In this document: positions 1-13,900 of the stretch, one piece after another
Numbering within the stretch: the first letter of the stretch is position 1
Layout of the letters: the number at the start of each line of letters is the position of its first letter
NCBI GenBank assembly: GCA_002633005.1
Contig: NMRA01000253.1
Location: 197,251-261,250, forward strand
Length of the DNA: 64,000 nt
Direction: 5' to 3'
From: Phoronis australis
Taxonomy: Eukaryota > Animalia > Phoronida
Program-made: the position numbers and the translations under genes
Notes under the pieces: model-generated
What the model was told of the DNA's origin: nothing
What the model saw: the letters and a program-made list of their open reading frames with translations, nothing else
Database searches by the model: none

Positions 1-644
1 AAATATCTATTACTCTATGCTTGAGAACTTAAATATCTAAACCTAGTTTGTATTTTACATCCCCAGCACTGAGACTGAAATTTGGATTCTGAACTTGAAA
101 TTTTGAGTTTTTACTTGAGTTTCGGAGGTCATCAAATTGGAACTTATTCTAGAAACTCATACTTAAAACATAATGCACTCCAGCACAGAATAATGGACAC
201 ATGGCTTGAATTCTCGAAGAAGTAGAGCAGAAAATGCAAAAAAAATAATTTTAAGATCAATTTTGATTAGAAAGATTGGACTCCAAACCCTGATCATCAG
301 TTCTTTGTTGATAAGGAGGCCTTTGGTATTAGCAGTTATTACGGTACAAGACAAAAGTATTCGACAGAATACCATTTCCCTGTTATGATGGATTGTTCAA
401 TTAACAGCAAAAATGACTTGTGGTAATGACTGTTATGGGAGCAAAACCATAATTTCAAGCTGGAATAGCCACATTCCTAACTTTCATGTTAATTACCATT
501 TGTTCTTGGTTATGAGGAAAAGCCCCTCTGACAATCAATTGGCTTCTGCCCAGCTGTCATGGTGAGGAAGTCCAGGTCATTTTGTCTGAATACTTTCTTT
601 TCTCATGTACTGTATCTCTAAAATTGTTATAATTGGCTTCAACG

Positions 645-1942
645 AGTGTGTTTCAAAACACTGCACTCTATCTATAAACACTACAGTGCAAAAGTTGCCA
701 GGTGAGGAGACAGTTCCATTACGTGGGTGACATGATTCAATGCAATGGACTTGTCAATTTTCTTAACAAATGAATACATTCACAGTAAAGTAACAACGCT
801 TCTAATAAGTAAATACATTCACAGTAAAGGAGCAATTTATTTAACAAATGAATGCATTCACAGTTTAAGTAATAGTATCTCTAACAACTGAATAAATTCA
901 AAGTAAAGTAGCAACATTTCTAACATACATTTACAGTAAAGTAACACTATATTTAACTAATGAATACATTCACAGTAAAGTAACAACATTCCCAATGAAT
1001 GAATACTTTCACATTATCATCATGGAATTATGGTAGTTTACAAAATTTAAATGCTTGTGGATCTTTAAAAGTCATACTATTTTTCTGTGACTTACTTTTG
1101 GTTGATTTAGGATTGGCCTTTGTTTACAATTCCCTGAATAGGACTGGATGTCATAGGGCAGTTGGTCATTTTTCTGCTGATAGACACATGACCAAACTTA
1201 TATCTTTGAGCTATAAATGTTATTGTAAGTAGTTTCATTCAACGTAATTCAGGGTGTTCTATTATCAGACGTGCAACTATTATGCCTTGTTTCTGAACCA
1301 GTGTGTTTCAAAACACTGCACTCCATCTATAAACACTACAGTGCAAAAGTTGCCAGATGAGGAGACAGTTCCATTAGGTGACATGATTCAATGCAATGGA
1401 CTTGTCAATTTTCCTAACAAATGAATACATTCACAGTAAAGTAACAACGCTTCTAATAAGTAAATACATTCACAGTAAAGGAGCAATTTATTTAACAAAT
1501 GAATGCATTCACAGTTTAAGTAATAGTATCTCTAACAACTGAATAAATTCAAAGTAAAGTAGCAACATTTCTAACATACATTTATAGTAAAGTAACACTA
1601 TATTTAACTAATGAATACATTCACAGTAAAGTAACAACATTCCCAATGAATGAATACTTTCACATTATCATCATGGAATTATGGTAGTTTACAATTTAAA
1701 TGCTTGTGGATTTTTAAAAGTCATACTATTTTTCTGTGACTTACTGTTGGTTAATTTAGGATTGGCCTTTGTTTACAATTCCCTGAAGAGGACTGGATGT
1801 CATAGGGCAGTTGGTCATTTTTCTGCTGATAGACACATGACCAAACTTATATATTTGAGCTATAAATGTTATTGTAAGTAGTTTCATTCAACGTAATTCA
1901 GGGTGTTCTATTATCAGACGTGCAACTATTATGCCTTGTTTC
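645..1942. repeat. ~650-bp near-identical tandem duplication inside a POMT1 intron (645-1293 and 1300-1942)
   Basis: Both copies start agtgtgtttcaaaacactgcact and end gtgcaactattatgccttgtttc, with few substitutions or indels. Each contains a degenerate ~30-bp internal repeat (aacaaatgaatacattcacagtaaagt). Confidence 0.95.
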
Positions 1943-1951
1943 ATTTTTCAG

Positions 1952-4900
1952 GTCAGTTTTTTGGTTTGGCTGATAGCAAAGACTTTGCGTTTGATGAAAT
2001 TGGAAAAGGTAGGGAAAATAAAATCTAAAAATATTGTATTCCATGTGCCACTTAAACGTTAATTAGAAATTCTTCGCTTTGACATTTGTGGAAAAACTCC
2101 TGGAAATGAGATTTCATTTTCACCTCATGCTTTATGTTGCAGAGTACCCCGCTGAGTTCCCCATCTGGCAGCTCCGATCCATCCCAGCCATATGTGGCAG
2201 CCTATTGGTGCCTCTTGCTTACCAGGTCATCATAGAGTTGGGGCTCTCGCAGCGCGCTGCTGTTTTGGCTGGACTGACCATACTGCTAGGTGACTCTCCG
2301 TTGTCTTAAGCTACAGCATGCTGTACTTTTCAAATTATGATTACAAAGCAAATACAATGAATGACTTTAACCTAAAGAGCAAAAGACCAAGAAGAACATT
2401 CCATTAGCTATGCAATGAATTTTGTTCATAATTCGTAATTTGATCATATTTAACAATTTTGTTCAATGGTCATAATTTGATCATATTTAACAATTTTGCT
2501 CATCGGTCATAATTTGATCATATTTAACAATTTTGTTCATTGGTCATAATTTGATCATATTTAACAATTTTGTTCATTGGTCATAATTTGATCATATTTA
2601 ACAATTTTGTTGCTAAAATTAATTCTCACGGCAAGCTAATTGTAGTATTTTGTATTTGAGAAAAAATTAATTGAAGCAAAAAAATATCAATTCCTCCTAG
2701 AAATGTGTGAAGCAACTGCTTAAAACATTTGAAATAATGGTTTTTATTCATGAATTTTCATTTTTTGTAGATAATGCTCTGATTACCCAGTCGAGGTTCA
2801 TGTTGTTGGAGCCAATGATCTTATTGGCCTGTGCCACAGCGCTGATCAGTTTACTCAAGTTTAGAAAATCCAGGTAAGTCAACAGGTGGCTCGGGGGGGA
2901 AGTATTTTCACTAATTTAGGACACTTTATGTCATACAAGCAATATTTTATCATCATTTTTTGTCAGTTACAAGTAGCTGGACTAAATTACTGTTTCACCG
3001 CTTTCAAGTTGATTAGTATAGGTACCAAAAGTCAACATTTTCACAAATTACAGCAACACCTTTTTGTTGGAAATGGGTTAGATATTTCCATACTTAGTGC
3101 TCTGCACGACCTTTCACAAAATATGAAGTAAGGCAGATTTTGTCCCACCTACCTCGGGGATGTTTTTCGAAGAGATTTGACTTTCAGCTAAAAATCAGAC
3201 TGGATGGATTCTCCTGTTTCATGAATTCGGCCTAAGCATCAGAAAATCTGTTGACAACTTGAAGTCAAAAGACAGAAGTCGGTAGCCTGCTCGAAGCAGA
3301 GTAGAAGCCAAAGTCAAATAATCAACTTCTGGATATGGCCTCTTCGAGAATCAGACCGCAGTTGTGGTACTGATCTTTTACCTGAGGCTTGTAAGACCCA
3401 GGGCTTGGAATGACCAATGACAAAAAACGCGGAAACTTTGAAACTTTTACGGCCCAAGTCATGCCCGATAAACAGTCTTGAAATGGTCAATGTGAACCTT
3501 TCCCCGACAAAAATCGGGAGGACTAAAAAAAAGAAAAAAAAACGATACCACCATCAGTAGCATGCGTCTGCGTCCTTTTAGCTCGCCCGACCACTCCCAA
3601 CCCACACATTTTTGGCTGCAGAGCGGTAGTATTTGCCGCCGCGCTTAACAATAACACGAGACGCCATTGAAAATCACACCACGCTGTCCCAGATGCCCCG
3701 GCAATGTTGACAACTTACGTTCCTCCGAAACATAAAGAGCAACTTCCGCTTTTCGAGGTGAACGTCGTCTGCAACGCCGCGGTAAGAAAGGAATTTGCCG
3801 CGGAAATTTTATATCAAATCCGATTTTTTTACGCGGAAATATAAAAAAAGCGGAAAGCACATTTGAAAAAAGCGGAAATCCGCGTTTCCGCGGAAAATTC
3901 CAAGCTCTGAAGACCCCATGTTGGTTTTTCACATACATAGACACAGAGCTTATGCATGGTTATGCCACAAGGGGGCGATTTTGTCGCTCTTCCCCTGCTG
4001 AGTGAGGAATCTGGCAGGTGGATATTACTTAAAACAATGTGCTCTGTATGTGACATATACCTAGTTTTTTGTATGAAAGACTTGGTTAATCATAAATGAA
4101 AGAATATAATTTAGCTTTCAGTGAATAGAATTTAATTTTGGCCATATAATAATTATTGCACACATGAAGAGATTTGTGAGTCAGTACAACTTATTATGTA
4201 ATAGGCATATGTCTCGGGTACCATAATGCTAAACAGGTTGAATGTATTTCGTCCATTATCTTGTGTGAAAAAAGTTTTTACATAATCATTTTTCCTATTT
4301 CTTTTAAAAATGCAAGTTCTGTGTTTTGGTGAACTGCTGTTCAATTAATATCATACCAGGTGACTGATTGTTTCAAAAACTTCCAAATCATAAAAATGGT
4401 TTTGCAAAACAGAAGAGGGAGAATATGCCAATTCACGGATATCCAGACTTTTAGATTGTGAATTTCAAACATACTATTACTAGACAATTGGAGATTTCTA
4501 ATATTCGTGTTTTTCAGTCCGTTCACTCCCGATTGGTGGTTTTGGCTGTTGCTAATGGGTGTCTCTGCTGCATGTGCATTCTGGTGAGTGGGCCATCTTG
4601 TAATACTCATGTGGAACAAATACAACGATGCGTACAGCTTCAGCTTTCTAAAAATCGAATTTCGAACTAGGCCTTTTACTCTCGTAAAATTGGTTTCAGA
4701 ATATGTCTTACTTTGATAGGATTCTATTTTTGAACATCAAAGTCATCGGAATCTCAAGAAAACGCGTCACCGTAAAGAAAATTATGAGACCGCTTTGATG
4801 AGAGTCAACGGCCTAATTCAATTTTAATTTTTAGTCAGCTAAACACGGGAATGAATTGATTGAAGTGAACTGTGTTTTTTTCTCACATTCGTTTGTACAA

Positions 4901-7900
4901 TCTTCGATTCATTATTTATTTTTTTGGCTCAATATGGCTGCCAGTTGCTAAAAATACTTTTCCCATCATACTCACCTGTAGGAGTGGAAATATTGCTTTA
5001 CATTTGAAGACAGTTTCTTTATTTGGCAACACTAGGAACAGTCTGATTATTAAAATATCAGTATTTGAAAAGAGTCTCTGAGGGTGAACAAAACGCAATC
5101 TTCAAAAGCCATTCGGCCATTCCTTCATTTTCATATAGTGCTTATCATAGCTGATCCTGTCGTCATTTCTATCTACGTAACTAGTTATTTTTTCTTCAAC
5201 CTCTTATTGTTGTTTGCCATGTACATGTAATGTTATGTTGAAAAGTACACAATCTCACAGTTAAGTCTGGTTTGCACTTACTGCAGACCAGATTGTGAGC
5301 GAACACCCTAATACAAGATCTAACCTTTCATCCAAGACTAAGTTGTGTGTGAAATGTTAAATGTGAGAGCTGGAACCCGTACAAGTCGAGCCAACCTAGT
5401 GTGAGACAAAAACCACAACTAGCACCGCCAGTTGTCTCCGCCCTCTCAAGTCTGCAAACATTAGACGTTGATACTGGAAGTAAACAGTCACCCTTTAGAA
5501 TGTGTGATTTCTACTTCCCAGGTCTTTGTAGATCGTTCAAGCATATGGATAGGGATGGAATTAGTTACATCTCAAGGTGACCATTTAGCTAGAAGCAGTA
5601 GCTTTACAATTCACTTTGGCGGTGTTTACTTAGAAGAGTTGTGTTTTTTGTTTTCTCACTGCTATCAAAGTACAACGTTTTGAAAAGTTGAATGAAAACA
5701 TCGAATGTATTGTCGAAGGAAACACACACACGATTGAATAAGGCTCATTGATGAATAATTTAAATATATTGTATGCCGCAAATTTCATCGCTCAATGCTC
5801 ACCTATCGATAACAACAAAACATGAATCAGGCAATGCAAAAAACTCAACGTTTAAATTTTACAAAAACTGAGTCGTACCTCGTGCATCCACAGTTATAGA
5901 GTTATTGTATAATTTTAAATTAGTAATTGAGATGTTGAATTTGTTGCTATGATACAAGACAATACAGTCTCCCCCGCTGCTAATTCAGAATTTTAGCAGC
6001 AAAAATTACTGGTAATGATATTGGGGAGGCAAAATTTTAATTACAGAATGGCTTCGCCATCTGATATAACTTTCTTGGTATTTCCTTCTCTTTCTCAAGC
6101 GTAACAGAACACTACTGTGAGTGGTGAATTGAGTGTTCACCCAGCTGTCAAGGCAGGAAATTCTGGGTCAATTTGTCTGAATTCTTTTGTCTGTACTGTG
6201 TTTGTGACTTGTGTAACTTGCTCATTAATGTTCGTCCAGTTTTAGCGTGACTTAAATACTAGACCCTCAACGCTCCTCGTCTGTTTCAGTATCAAGTATG
6301 TCGGTGGCTTCACCTTTCTCCTTATGTTGTCATTGGCTGTGCATGATTACTGGAATCTTTTGTCTGATCGTACAACGTCTGCTGTAAGTGTGTAACCCAT
6401 TGCCTGTGGCCTGTGGGTGGAGACATGTCGTGCTAAAGTTTTCATGAAAGAGCTGACAGATATTATCAAAGTCTGATTGTCCAGTTTTGTCAAAATGACA
6501 GTGATTCTTAAAATTAACTATACATTCCAACGTCAAAATTCGACAATGATTTGTCGTATGAATCTGTAATTGAATGTCTTTTTCTTTTTGACTAGAACCC
6601 ATTTCAGTTACGGCAAAATGTTGACAGGCATTGCTCCATGCTTTTTATGGAAATAGCAACAATGGGCCCATTCCTAGAAACTGACTTAAGTTCATTGTTG
6701 ACGTAAGCCTAAGATTTGTCTCAAGAATTAATAGCTAGGTTCATTAATTTCACACCGAGTTCTTACTTAAGTTTAAAAAATGCTATTTTGTTGTGATAAA
6801 AGCTTGCCAAAACTGCCAAATTATTCTGACAAGAAGTTTGTCCGCATTTGGCAGAGTCTTTCAAAGTTTTTATGAAGTTTGTCTAGTTGATTTTGAGAAC
6901 AAATGTGCTTTAGAAAAGCGGGCTGAGAAGGATACGAAATGAGGAATATTAAGTGTATTGTGAGTGAATTTGTAATTGACCTATCGCCAGGATTTTGAGT
7001 GACGGCTTAACTGACCATTTAGAACGCAGCGTTATTGACACACCTTTGTTTCCAAGCCGCCATTTTACCCGACAAACAACACGTTGCCAGCTAAAACTTA
7101 TTGTCTGTTAGTCGACATTACGCAAAAGGGCGGAGCTTGGTCAATTAGCCCAACACTTTCGTGTTAAGCTGTAATAATTTCCCAAGTTGATATGTGTTCT
7201 TACCTGCAATTTGTTGGTCACATCACAGGACCTATCGTTAAGTCTGACACCATCTCAAGTCCCAACCAGGGCATATACCGCGCAGACGGTGTAATCCACT
7301 GATTCAAACTGAATTGTAAGTCATGTGATATGACAAACGTATTTCACATAATAGGACTAAATAATTCTTACTCATACAAAGCCAGCTGATATTTTGTGGC
7401 ATGATTTCAAAATGCACAACCCTCTAAAATGACCTGATTCAACTATTATTGACAGAAAAAAATGCAAATTAACTTTTAGGTGGTAAGGAAGCTTTCTATG
7501 TGAAGAGGTTCGCATCTCACTGGCGCGCCTTGTAATAATTTTATTGCAAATTTTTCCAATGTTAGAATGATGCTTTCCATTGATGGAATTGGTAAACTGA
7601 ACTGTGCTCAGTGGCAGATGAACAGTTTGCCAATGAGGATTCATTCACTCATGCTGACAGTCATGTTTTGTACTGGCAAAGCACTTTTATTTTGGTGATG
7701 TGCCCCGAGAGGGTTAAATCTCTGACCTCCACATAAATCTTTAATTTAATGAGATCATTCCTGCCCACTCGCTCTTAGAGTTGCAGAATTTTTTCCACTG
7801 GACGTTCAAATCATTAGCATTTGAATGGCAATGTTCAAATTTGTCTGCGAAGGCAAGGACATGAGGCTTTGAGGATTTTTCTACCTCGCCCAAAAGTCAA

Positions 7901-10900
7901 AATTCATTTTTGTTGTGTTACTTACAATATTGACTTAATAATAATTTGAATATTATTCCACAATCCGCCAAGCTTTAAACTGAAAACCAAGAAATAAAGA
8001 AACCTATCTTACTGGACAGGTTCTAAAAATTCTTTTGCCATGAATTTGAATTTCAGCTCGAATGAGAGACTAGAACTTGACCCTTGAACTTTGTCTTGTC
8101 TTTCAGATTGGTCTAGTGCACCACCTGTTGGCCAGAGTTTTCTGCCTCATTGTGATCCCAGTGGCCATCTATGTGTGTGTGTTATACGTCCATCTGTACA
8201 CACTGACTGTAGCAGGACCTGGTACTGTTCAGATGACCAGTGCCTTCCAGACCAGTCTTGAGGTGAGTGCCACAACTGCTGGTGTCCATAGCTTCTACTT
8301 TTGTCACAGGGTGGTGTCGCTGTGCAGTTTTGTTCTCAGTTACCTTGCTTCATTTGTTTTCATCCAATAGCAGAGTTCAACAGACACGTGTCATCAGTTT
8401 TGAAAATCTGGGATATTGATGCTTCTGTTGTGGATTGTTGTCTGTACTTTTGCTGTTGGTCACTGCAGTATAACCTAAAAGTAATGACTGCTGGGCAGAT
8501 GCCAAATTCATTGTCAAAGTAATCTTCCCTCATGACTTAGAACTAAAGGTGTCAACAAGAAAGTTTGTACGGTGTCTTAGCCATTTTGCAATTGAACTAT
8601 CCCCAGGATTTTGAGTGTCGGCTTAACTGACCAATCAGAACGCAGCGTTCTTAAAACACCTCGCTTCCAAGCAACACGTTGTAAGGTAAAACTTATTGTT
8701 TGTTTGTGGACTTTTCGCAAGGGGGTGGAGCTTGCGAAAAGTCAATTATAGCTTTGCTCCCACAATAGTCATTGTCCGCCATTTTTGCTGGTCACAGAAT
8801 GAGCCGTCATGATGGAAAATGGTATTTTGTCTGAGTATTTTTGTCTTGTACTGTAGTTCAACCAAAACTTAAAGCCACGTGCTGCCCTCTTTGAAAACCT
8901 TGTCTTGAATATATTTTGGACGTAGTGAGAGAGCAATCCTACATTGTATTGTTTAGAGTTCATTGATTGATTCTGAGAATAGGTCGTTGCCTTGGTTAGA
9001 GAGAAAGGGGTGACACGCTTATGCAATTTGTAGAAACATGGTTTGGTAAACATGCCACTCCATCAACACTTATTAGCCTTAATTGGCAGTTTCTCTAATT
9101 GGCTTTACATCAGATGTCAGATTGTCTTGCAATCAAGATCTGACTTGCTGCTAAATTGGCGAGACTTGTCAAATAAAGGCAGCTGTTATTTGCAAGTGAA
9201 ATGACGTGCTTAACAAATCATGTCTGCTGCCGAAATACTCTTACATAAAAACAAAAAAAAGTTGATTTTGACTCGACGTATTGTTATTACCAGTAATTTT
9301 TGCCGATGATAGAATTAATTGTCATGACTGAGAAATAATATTTTGTCTGATAATGTTTGCCCTGTACTGCAGTCTGAATTTTAAGTTTAAGTTTTTAAGC
9401 TGTTGAAAGTTCACACGCCCTCATTTTAAATTTTTGTTCATTACCTCAGGGGGGCCTGGCCATGATCACCAAGAACCAACCGTATGAAATTGCTTATGGC
9501 TCCCAAATCACCCTGCGTCGATCGTTTGGCAATGAGCCATGTTGGCTACACTCACATGACCACGTCTACCCAATCAGATACGAGGACAACAGGGGGAGCA
9601 GCCATCAGTACCACGTCACATGTTATATATTCAAGGACAACAACAACTGGTGGATTGTCAAGCACCCTGACAGGTGAGCGACCTCTCGTGGGTGGGACTC
9701 GAACGAACGCCAAGTTTTAACATAATAATTTTGATGTATAGTAGCTTTAGGAATGTGGCTTGGGTGTTTTATGCCGTGTCAACTTGACTAGCCCAAAGGC
9801 ATGATCAGATTTCACTAGCTTTATGATGTGAAACGTGAAACTCAAATTGAGCATGAAGGAGCGGAAATTTGGCCTGTGCCATGTCAGTTGGGTTGGAAGC
9901 AGGTTGTTGTTATTCCTTATCAGCCATTTGTTCCTGGCCAGCGTGCTGGACAGCGCAACTTTAAATGGAGCATAAACAATAACTGGGCAAGACTGGGTCA
10001 GTTTTGACATTTCGAAAATGAATTTTGAATGTTTTTACAATGAAGACAGATGCAAACAATACTTCAGTATTGGTTAGTGTTGAGAATGATGTATGCACGG
10101 TTTCCTATATCGGGTAGGTTTCAAATTCATCGCATTTTACTAATAATTGCTAACAATNGTAATTATATCAGTGTCCCAAAACAGTTCTCCCACTTTTTCA
10201 ACTTCCAGAAATTCAAGTTACCGATAACCATATAAGTTGGCACAAGATGGCTTTAATATATTTTCACTTAATAGAAATGAACTTAATTTGTAACAATCCA
10301 ATTACAAGTTTTGAAAGTGGCAACATAATTTTTATTAACCCTAATATTTATATGACGGATCTTTACGAAATTTGGTAAATAGCTTTTTATTAAACAAATG
10401 ATTACATGTTCTTGCTTTCGGATGGATTTGACATATTTTGCGTTGTCTAGTTGCCATTTTTCTGTTTTCTAGTCTGTTTTTGTCGTCCGCTCCTCTATCA
10501 ACCAAACTCTCTAAGGATGATTTTGAAAATTGGCATTTATGTTTCTACTGTTAAGAGACTGGCTGATGAGACAGTTTTCTGGGTCTAGTGGCTGTATCTC
10601 TCAAACCCTCTGCTGGATACTTATTAAATTTATGATACAAATAAACAACCCTGGATGCACACCATTTGCAATGCAGTCGTGGGTGCATTTCAGCTCTCCG
10701 TGTTGCTCTTGTAAAATAGTTCGTAATCGACTATAAAATCAGTCATTTTAATCTACATTCTATGTAGTCTCTGCCTTAGTCTTTACCGTACACAGTCTTA
10801 TCTCTATAGCATGCCCCCAGTTTTCTGCACTGAATAGCGGGCATCAACTTGTTCTCAAACTGTTGGTGCGCTATGTAGCTGGTTCCTAATGGGTTATTGA

Positions 10901-13900
10901 AATCAGTTCCTTCGTCATTCATTGTTTGCCATGAAATAAGTTGTTTTTTGAATATCCTTTAACTCCGACACCGGTTTCAGATTATACCCTGTTCCCCTTT
11001 AGTTTATACTTTATGACTCCCTAAACATGTAGAGGGATATTCACTTCAGCTGAGGAAAGTGACTAGACTCTGCCAAAAACCAAATCTCCTGAAAGTTTTA
11101 TTTTCTTTCATTTATACTGAAATTGTTCATTCCATTTTACTCATGGAACTTCTTAAATACCGCATTCGTCCGGGTTACGGGCCATGCTCGGCTTGCCGCC
11201 TACCCCCTGTTTTTTAGTTTTCCAATTTAAGCGTGGATAAGTATGATAATTTAAATTTGAGTTTTGTGTTATTTTCTTCGGATTTTGAATGATACTTAAT
11301 ACGTATCAAACATCCAACAACATTAAAGTGGTCCCAACGGCTCAGGAGAGCTGAGGATCACCACAGATTACATTGAGTTCCCCTAGCTTGGGCCGGGTTG
11401 GGGCAGGAATCTTTTCAGACTGAGGTCATGTGACATATGACTGCAGTTATCTCATCTGTGCGCATAACATTTTTATAATGAAATCATTTTTCATTCTTAC
11501 TGCTGTAGGGATAATCTCACTGTGGAAGTGCCTCCAAAGCCCGTCAAGAACGGTGATATCATTGAGCTCGTTCACGGAATATCCGGAAGGAAACTTAACT
11601 CGTAAGTAAACTTTGAGGTGTAATGATATTTTTTAAGAAGTCTACTAAAAAGTTTATAATTTGATTGGGGAGCACTTTACCTACGTTTTGTGCTTTTGTG
11701 AATCTTTCAAAACTGTACTATACCATAGAGAAATATATTTTTGGGAAGAATGGACAGCTTGATAGATTGATGTTTAAAGCCAAGTTACCACTGAGTGAGT
11801 GAATAGTAATAATGATATTGAATGCTTCCAACACGTGAATGTTTCTCGTTCTTCAGCCATGATGTGACCGCTCCATTGTCGAAGAACAAACAGGAAGTGT
11901 CGTGTTACGTGAATTACAACGTGTCAATGCCACCGCAGACATTGTGGCGCGTGGTACGTAGCAAGCATCTAGGAACTCAAAATATCCAAGAATATATTCC
12001 CTGTGACATGGTGACTTTCTGTAATAATTTTGTTGGTCTGAAATTCTGTGACAGACATTTTGTCAGATTTTGAGAATTCTGTCATACTTTTATTGTCATC
12101 TACTTCTAGGCTTTTAGTGTTTGGTGGGCTTAACAGTTATTTTGTGCTTCGTCAAGTGGTGGTTCCTTTTTTCACAAATTGTAAAACCATGGAATTCATC
12201 GTTATCGTTGACAAAGATTGTGTCTCCCATATCTGGCAAAAGCAAAATTGATGTGACTCATACAATGACATGTAAAACACACCAAAAAGTTGTGACAATT
12301 GAAACTTTCTTTCAGTGTTGATTGAAAACAGTTAGTGTAGTAGTTTGTCTAATTGTAATATACGCTGTGTCACTTAAAAAATTTTCCAGGAAATCTCCAA
12401 CCCTATCGATGGTGACTCATGGAAGACTGTACGAAATAATGTCAGATTAATTCACGTGGGAACCTCTGCCACACTGCTGGTAATATTTGATCATAGAATT
12501 TAGTTGACGAACACTTGATTTAAAAAGAGTTCTTTATATATCATCTGATTGTTGATAACATGATAGTATCACCCTTTTCTATGACAGTGATTAGACAGAA
12601 ACAATGATACACAAATGTATCCCATTTGACTGAAATGCGTTGGGGTGTCAAAAATTTTACTTGGTTGTTTAAAGTTGTCATTCTGGAAGACATCCTTTCC
12701 TTCATACTCAACAGTTTAGAACACAGAAATAGTTTCATCGACTGAAATGAGTCACAAAAATGTGACGAACTCTTGCCAATTTTGGACAACAATAATTGTC
12801 AAAATTGGTCATTTTATGTTTTTCAAAGGCTTCTAACACTGTTGTGAATGCCACAGTTCCTTAAACCATTGTTTGATATTAGCTGTGTTGTAGAACTTTA
12901 GACAGATAAAGAGTTATTTGTCGGCTCTACTGTGCCCACTTATTGAGAACCAGTTTTCTCCACTGAATAACGGGCATGAAACTGGTTCTCAAAATGTGGG
13001 CATTTTAAACTATTGCATGTCAAAGCATAGTCTAATTAAAATTTTCTAAATTATTCACACACGCACATACGCACTCATGCTGATAGTGGAAAATTGCAAG
13101 GCAATGATATGTTATCTCCCCTGTACAGACCACAGACCTTTCTCTGCCAGAGTGGGGTTTCCACCAGAAGGAGGTAGTGACAGACAAGGCCAGTGGAAAC
13201 AGCGACACCTCTCTGTGGAATGTGGAAGAACACAAATACGGACAGAGTAAGTTCAGCTACTAAGAGTCACATCAGTATTCAAGGACATCTTGTTTTCGGC
13301 TGCAAAAGATCCCAATGTGTGTACTAGCTTGATGTAAGTACACAGAAATGGTTGCTGTGCCTAACAATCGCGAGTAAATCCATTGGCTACACTGTTGATG
13401 TCAATCACTCACAAGGGGTCCCCATTTTAAGAACCAGTTTTCACTACTGAATAGCAGACATCAAAGTGGTTCTCAAAATCGGGGTCCATTTAAGTGTCTA
13501 TTGTATGTGTCTATGCAGTATGTCCATCAAGAATATTCTTATCGACTTTTAGTTCCCAAGTTTATTTCAAATGAGAGAGAAGTACACCACGACATTGTTC
13601 TATGAGCGTAAAATGCCTAATATGTAAAATCTTGACCGAGATATTTGTGATACCATAACATACTAGTTTAAAGTCGTGGTTTAAAGTATGTACAGGTGAA
13701 AAAGTATTTGCTTGACAAATCTTTGTACCGTTTGAATTTGAAAACTCTTATATCATCCAAATGATATGGAGCACACACTTTGATAAGTGAATCAAGTTGT
13801 ATTTCAAGTTGTATCATTCTGGCTTTTTATTGATAAATATTTATTAGAAGGTAATATTCTACAAAAGCCCAGAAAAGATAAGGCATTGTTTTATTCCATC

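Noticed and set aside
2432-2611. 37-bp repeats resembling CRISPR repeat length
   Set aside because: Head-to-tail copies without spacers, inside a eukaryotic intron.
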